From Vicinamibacteria bacterium (GTDB lineage Bacteria > Acidobacteriota > Vicinamibacteria > Marinacidobacterales > Marinacidobacteraceae), in assembly GCA_965199715.1 (NCBI GenBank), contig OZ241322.1:2144001-2208000 (forward strand): DNA of 64,000 nt, in the 5' to 3' direction. Both the position numbers and the translations under genes were made by a program. A model generated the notes under the pieces. That model worked only from the letters and a program-made list of their open reading frames with translations. It was not told where the DNA came from and did no database searches. The first letter of the stretch is position 1. Every line of letters begins with the position of its first letter. This document shows, one piece after another, positions 60,000 to 64,000 of the stretch.

Positions 60000-62110
60000 C
60001 GCGCCCGCTGCTCGCCGCGCTGCTCGTCGCGCATCCGGCGGCGGCGCAGGAGCCCGCGACGATCGAGGTCACGCCCGCCGAACTGGAGCTGCGCGCCGGC
60101 GACACGGCGCAGCTCGAAGCCGTCGTCCGCGACGCGGACGGCATGGTCGTCGAGGACGCCGAAGTCCTCTACCTGCCGCTGTACGGCCAGTACTGGAACC
60201 TCGAACACCGCACCTGGGGCTTCAACATCTTCAAGGTCTCGCCCGACGGCGAGGTCTCGACCCGCGCTCCGGGCGACTTCGAGATCATGGTCCGGGTCGT
60301 CGAAGGCGGCCCCGACCGCTCGGCCCGCGACGCCGAGGCGGACGGTTACGTCGAGCAGCGCGTCCCGGTGACGATCCGCCCGGCGCCCGTGGCCTCGCTG
60401 ACGCTTTCCGCCGCGGGACCGCTGTACGCCGGCACCGAGGTCGTCGTGGAGGCGGACGCCGTGGACGCGATGGGCGACCCGGTCCAGGGTCTCACCGTCG
60501 CGTTGGCGAGCTCCGACCCCGCGATCGCGCTTCCGGTCTCCCGGCCGCCCACGACCGCCCGCGAGCCGACCCGCGGCCTCGTCCGCCTCGTCGGCCCGGG
60601 AACCGCGACGCTCACGGCGACCGGCGGCGACGCGACCGCCTCGATGGACGTCGAGGTCCTTCCGAACCCGGTGACCCGCCTCGAAATCGAGGCCGATCGC
60701 GAGATGGTCCGCACTGGCGACGTGGTGACCTTCACGGCCACGGCGTTCACCGAATCCGGCGAGACCGGCGCCGTGCCGGTGGGCTTCAGCGTCTCGGCGG
60801 TGACCGACTCGATGGGAGCGGGCGGTCCCTCGACCGGGCTCGTCACTCCCGACGGACGCTTCGTGGCCGACCTCCCCGGCGTGTACACGGTGGTCGCCCA
60901 CACCGGCGGCGCCTCCGCATCGCAAGGGATCCAGGTCGGCGACCGGAATGTCCGGCGGCACATCGAGCTGGTCGGGCACGGCCGGGTCAGCGACCGCGCG
61001 ACCTCGGATCTCTGGGTATGGGAGGCGCCGAACGGCCGCGACTACGCGATCACGGGCACCCACAGCGCCGAGGGCCACGCCTACATCTGGGACGTGACCA
61101 ACCCCGAGAGCATCGAGATCGCCGACGTGGTCAAGGTGGACGCCCGCACCGTGAACGACGTGAAGATTTCCGAGGACGGCGCGACCGCGGTGATCTCCCG
61201 CGAGGGAGCCTCGAACCGCCGCAACGGGCTCGTCATCCTCGACGTGTCCGACCCCTCGGTCGGCGTGCGCGTCCTCGCCCGCTACGACGACCAGCTCACC
61301 GGCGGCGTCCACAACACCTTCATCCACGAGGGGCACGTGTACGCGCTTTCGGGCGGACGACGCTTCGACATCGTCAACATCGAGGATCCGGCGGCGCCCC
61401 ACCGGGTCGGCAGCTTCGCGCTCGACAGTCCGGGCCGCTCCATCCACGACGTCTGGGTCGTCGAGGGCGTGGCCTATTCGGCCAACTGGAAGGACGGCGT
61501 GGCCGTGATCGACGTGGGCGGCGGAACCCGCGGCGGATCCCCTCAGAACCCGGTGCTCATGGGCCAGTTCCCGTTCCCCACCGGATGGAACCACGCGGTC
61601 TATCCCTACCGCAGCGAGTCCACCGGCAAGCTCTACATCTTCGCCGGCGACGAGGCGGCCCGCACCGGGCGCTACAGCCCGCAGGCGGAGATCGGGACCG
61701 GGACCCCCGGCTACGAGAACGAGCCCACCCGCTGGCGGGGCTGGATCCACATCCTCGAATGGGACGAGGACTTCGAGAGCCCGGCGCGGCTCGTGGGGCG
61801 CTACGAGGTGCCCGAGGCGGGCAGCCACAACATCTGGATCGAGGACGACGTCATGTACGTCGCGTTCTACAACGGCGGCCTCCGGGTCGTGGATGTCTCG
61901 GGCGAGCTGCTCGGCAACCTCTACCGCCAGGGCCGCGAGATCGCCCGATTCCTTCCGCTGGACCCCGAGGGCTTCCTGCCGAACGCGCCGCAGGTCTGGG
62001 GCGCGCAGCCGCACAAGGGCCACATCTTCTTCTCGGACCGGAACTCGGGCCTGTGGGCGGTCCGCCTCGTCGAGGCCGCGGACATGGCCGCGACCGACGC
62101 GCAGCAGTAG
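59996..62110 (+). CDS. Exported Ig-like (Big_2) and LVIVD-repeat protein
   Basis: Signal peptide; IEVTP..LEL..GD..QL.A; repeated (I/L/V)DV(S/T)(N/D)P, HN/HD motifs, YNGGLRVVDVS. Confidence 0.8.
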   Translation: MTRPLLAALLVAHPAAAQEPATIEVTPAELELRAGDTAQLEAVVRDADGMVVEDAEVLYLPLYGQYWNLEHRTWGFNIFKVSPDGEVSTRAPGDFEIMVRVVEGGPDRSARDAEADGYVEQRVPVTIRPAPVASLTLSAAGPLYAGTEVVVEADAVDAMGDPVQGLTVALASSDPAIALPVSRPPTTAREPTRGLVRLVGPGTATLTATGGDATASMDVEVLPNPVTRLEIEADREMVRTGDVVTFTATAFTESGETGAVPVGFSVSAVTDSMGAGGPSTGLVTPDGRFVADLPGVYTVVAHTGGASASQGIQVGDRNVRRHIELVGHGRVSDRATSDLWVWEAPNGRDYAITGTHSAEGHAYIWDVTNPESIEIADVVKVDARTVNDVKISEDGATAVISREGASNRRNGLVILDVSDPSVGVRVLARYDDQLTGGVHNTFIHEGHVYALSGGRRFDIVNIEDPAAPHRVGSFALDSPGRSIHDVWVVEGVAYSANWKDGVAVIDVGGGTRGGSPQNPVLMGQFPFPTGWNHAVYPYRSESTGKLYIFAGDEAARTGRYSPQAEIGTGTPGYENEPTRWRGWIHILEWDEDFESPARLVGRYEVPEAGSHNIWIEDDVMYVAFYNGGLRVVDVSGELLGNLYRQGREIARFLPLDPEGFLPNAPQVWGAQPHKGHIFFSDRNSGLWAVRLVEAADMAATDAQQ

Positions 62111-62116
62111 GGAGGA

Positions 62117-63346
62117 TCAGCCGGGACCGGCGGCCGGGGCGCCGCGGCGGATGCCGCCCACGACGGTGAGCAGATCCTCCACGTCCCGGTCGCCGAAATC
62201 CCCGTCGCTCGTGGCGTCGGCGATCGCCCGGGCGGCGCGCCAGACGTCGAGGATCCCGAGCCTGCCGTCCCGGTTCAGGTCACCGAGCGTGTCGAACGCG
62301 GCGTCGATCTCCTCGCCCCGCCGGTCGGCGTCCGGGCGCAGCGCGTCGTGGGACAACTGCCGCAACTGCTGGATCGCGGCGGCGCGCTGGCCGCCGGGAT
62401 CCACGATGTAGCCGAGAAACCCGAACAGGCCGAGGCTCAGGCAGACCCCGCCCGCGGCCGCGGTCCCGAGCACCAGCAGGCCGAGCCGCCGCCGTCCGAC
62501 GGACACCCGCTTGAGGTCGTCGCCGATGGAGAGAGCTTCGGGCGGGGGCGGGGGAAAGTCGGGGGCGACGCCCGGGGGCGGAGACGTCCGCTGCATCCGC
62601 CGCACCCAGACGGTCAGCACGATCGCCAGAATGCCGAGCGCGGGAACGAGGATGCCGGGCGGGGTCCACACGGGCTCGCCCAGCGTGTCGAGGTCGGCGA
62701 GGTTGAACAGCAGGAGAGCCGCGGCGTTGTGGAAGAAGTGGATCGCGATCGGGACGAGGATGCTCCCGGTGGCCGCCGCGGCGATCCCGAGGACGACCCC
62801 GGCCACGAAGTAGTTGGGCAGGATCAGCCCGTGCATCACCGTGAACAGCAGCGCGGTGACGCAGATCGCCCCGGCCCGGCCGAGGCGGTGGAGCCCGGTC
62901 TGGATCACGCCCCGGAACAGGAGCTCCTCGGACACGGCGGCCCCGACGCAGACCCCGGCGAGCCGAATCCCCCACTCGATGAACCCGTCGGCGCGGATCA
63001 TCTGGTTGAGGCTCTCGAGGAAGGCCGGATCCAGCGGCATGACCTGCTGGGCGAGGTTCGCGAGCTGGTCGCTGACCACGAAGAGCCCGAGCGCCACCGG
63101 CGCCGACAGCAGGAGATCCGACAGCCGCGCCGGGCGGAGCAGGAACACCGGGTACGGGCGCAGTCGGAACACCCGGATCGCGCCGACCGCGATCACGAGC
63201 GTCGCCGCCGGGATGAGCAGCATCGCGACCTCGATCGGGAGGCCCGACCGGCCCAGCAGGAAGCCCAGCCCGAGGATCGACGCCAGCGCGGTCAAGAAGG
63301 TCAGGAAGACCTGCGAAGCCGTTGCGACGCCGAGGCGTTTCTTCAC
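62117..63346 (-). CDS. CPBP (Abi/CAAX) intramembrane metalloprotease with C-terminal extension
   Basis: EELLFRG, FTVMH, HFFHN. Confidence 0.85.
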   Translation of the reverse strand: MKKRLGVATASQVFLTFLTALASILGLGFLLGRSGLPIEVAMLLIPAATLVIAVGAIRVFRLRPYPVFLLRPARLSDLLLSAPVALGLFVVSDQLANLAQQVMPLDPAFLESLNQMIRADGFIEWGIRLAGVCVGAAVSEELLFRGVIQTGLHRLGRAGAICVTALLFTVMHGLILPNYFVAGVVLGIAAAATGSILVPIAIHFFHNAAALLLFNLADLDTLGEPVWTPPGILVPALGILAIVLTVWVRRMQRTSPPPGVAPDFPPPPPEALSIGDDLKRVSVGRRRLGLLVLGTAAAGGVCLSLGLFGFLGYIVDPGGQRAAAIQQLRQLSHDALRPDADRRGEEIDAAFDTLGDLNRDGRLGILDVWRAARAIADATSDGDFGDRDVEDLLTVVGGIRRGAPAAGPG

Positions 63347-63365
63347 GTATCGCGGTGGTAAGTTG

Positions 63366-63391
63366 CCCGGAGTGGGCAGGGAAACTCCGGG
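63366..63391. promoter_or_regulatory. 8-bp inverted repeat in a divergent intergenic region
   Basis: CCCGGAGT-N10-ACTCCGGG. Confidence 0.4.
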
Positions 63392-63407
63392 AGTCTATTC
63401 CGGGGCC

Positions 63408-63632
63408 GTGACGGCGCCCCGTCCCGGGGGCTTCTGGCGGGCCGTCCGGATCGTCGTGGGATTCGGGCTGCTCGGGTTCGGCGTGATCGGGCTGTTCCTC
63501 CCGGTCCTCCAGGGCGTCCTGATGATCCTCGGCGGGCTCGCGATCCTCAGCCGGGACGTGCCGTGGGCGCGCCGGATCACCGACCGGCTGAGCCGGTGGC
63601 TGCGGCGGCGCCGCGCCGCCCGAAAGCGATGA
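63408..63632 (+). CDS. PGPGW-like small membrane protein
   Basis: GVIGLFLPVLQG..GLAILS...WA. Confidence 0.7.
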   Translation: MTAPRPGGFWRAVRIVVGFGLLGFGVIGLFLPVLQGVLMILGGLAILSRDVPWARRITDRLSRWLRRRRAARKR

Positions 63633-64000
63633 ACGACCGCCATCGCGAGCTGGCGGCGGCGATCCGCCGTTACGACCACCGGTACTACATCCTCGACGCG
63701 CCCGAGATCAGCGACGCCGAGTACGACGCGCTCTTTCGCGAGCTGGCCGAGCTGGAGCGCCGCCATCCGGAGCTGGCGACGCCCGACTCGCCGACCCAGC
63801 GCGTCGGCGGCGGGATCGCGGACGGCTTCCCCGAGGTCGCGCATCCGGCGCCGCTGCTGTCGCTCGAGAGCATCGCGTCGGCGGACGAACTGGCCGAATT
63901 CCTGAACCGGGTCGAGCGCGAACTCGGGCGCGAGGAGCCCGAGTGCTGCCTCGAACCCAAGTTCGACGGGCTCTCGATCGCCCTGACCTACGAGGCGGGG
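63629..64000 (+). CDS. ligA: NAD-dependent DNA ligase, 5' part (runs off the window)
   Basis: YYILDAPEISDAEYD, DSPTQRVG, LLSL, EPKFDGL adenylation motif. Confidence 0.95.
   Translation, partial: MNDRHRELAAAIRRYDHRYYILDAPEISDAEYDALFRELAELERRHPELATPDSPTQRVGGGIADGFPEVAHPAPLLSLESIASADELAEFLNRVERELGREEPECCLEPKFDGLSIALTYEAG

Overview
High-GC, very tightly packed bacterial chromosomal window with many ATGA/GTGA gene overlaps. The GWxTD protein, the PDZ-kinase/sigma54 module and the VPS10-like and LVIVD proteins suggest Acidobacteriota (inference). It is mostly transport and metabolism: a polyamine-type ABC transporter, CoA-transferase/SDR/aminotransferase, thiD-moaE-moaD, an MrfAB-like repair pair, tRNA-Sec and tRNA-Ala, a TRAP transporter, enolase, several peptidases, GGT and the start of ligA. 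Small accessory modules are interspersed: a Dam-like methylase with a convergent putative endonuclease, and decayed AAA/DUF4276, HI0074-type HEPN, SNF2/IS3 and PIN remnants. The best candidate for a new system is an intact fusion at 18764-19945 (-). It joins a 6-TM voltage-gated-channel scaffold (intact S4, non-canonical filter) to a Schlafen/AlbA_2 domain with an intact ExxxxExK motif, and lies directly upstream of two tRNA genes. Two window-wide signals: near-absence of GTCGAC, and many apparently leaderless genes. All family calls are motif recognition by eye; no searches were run.
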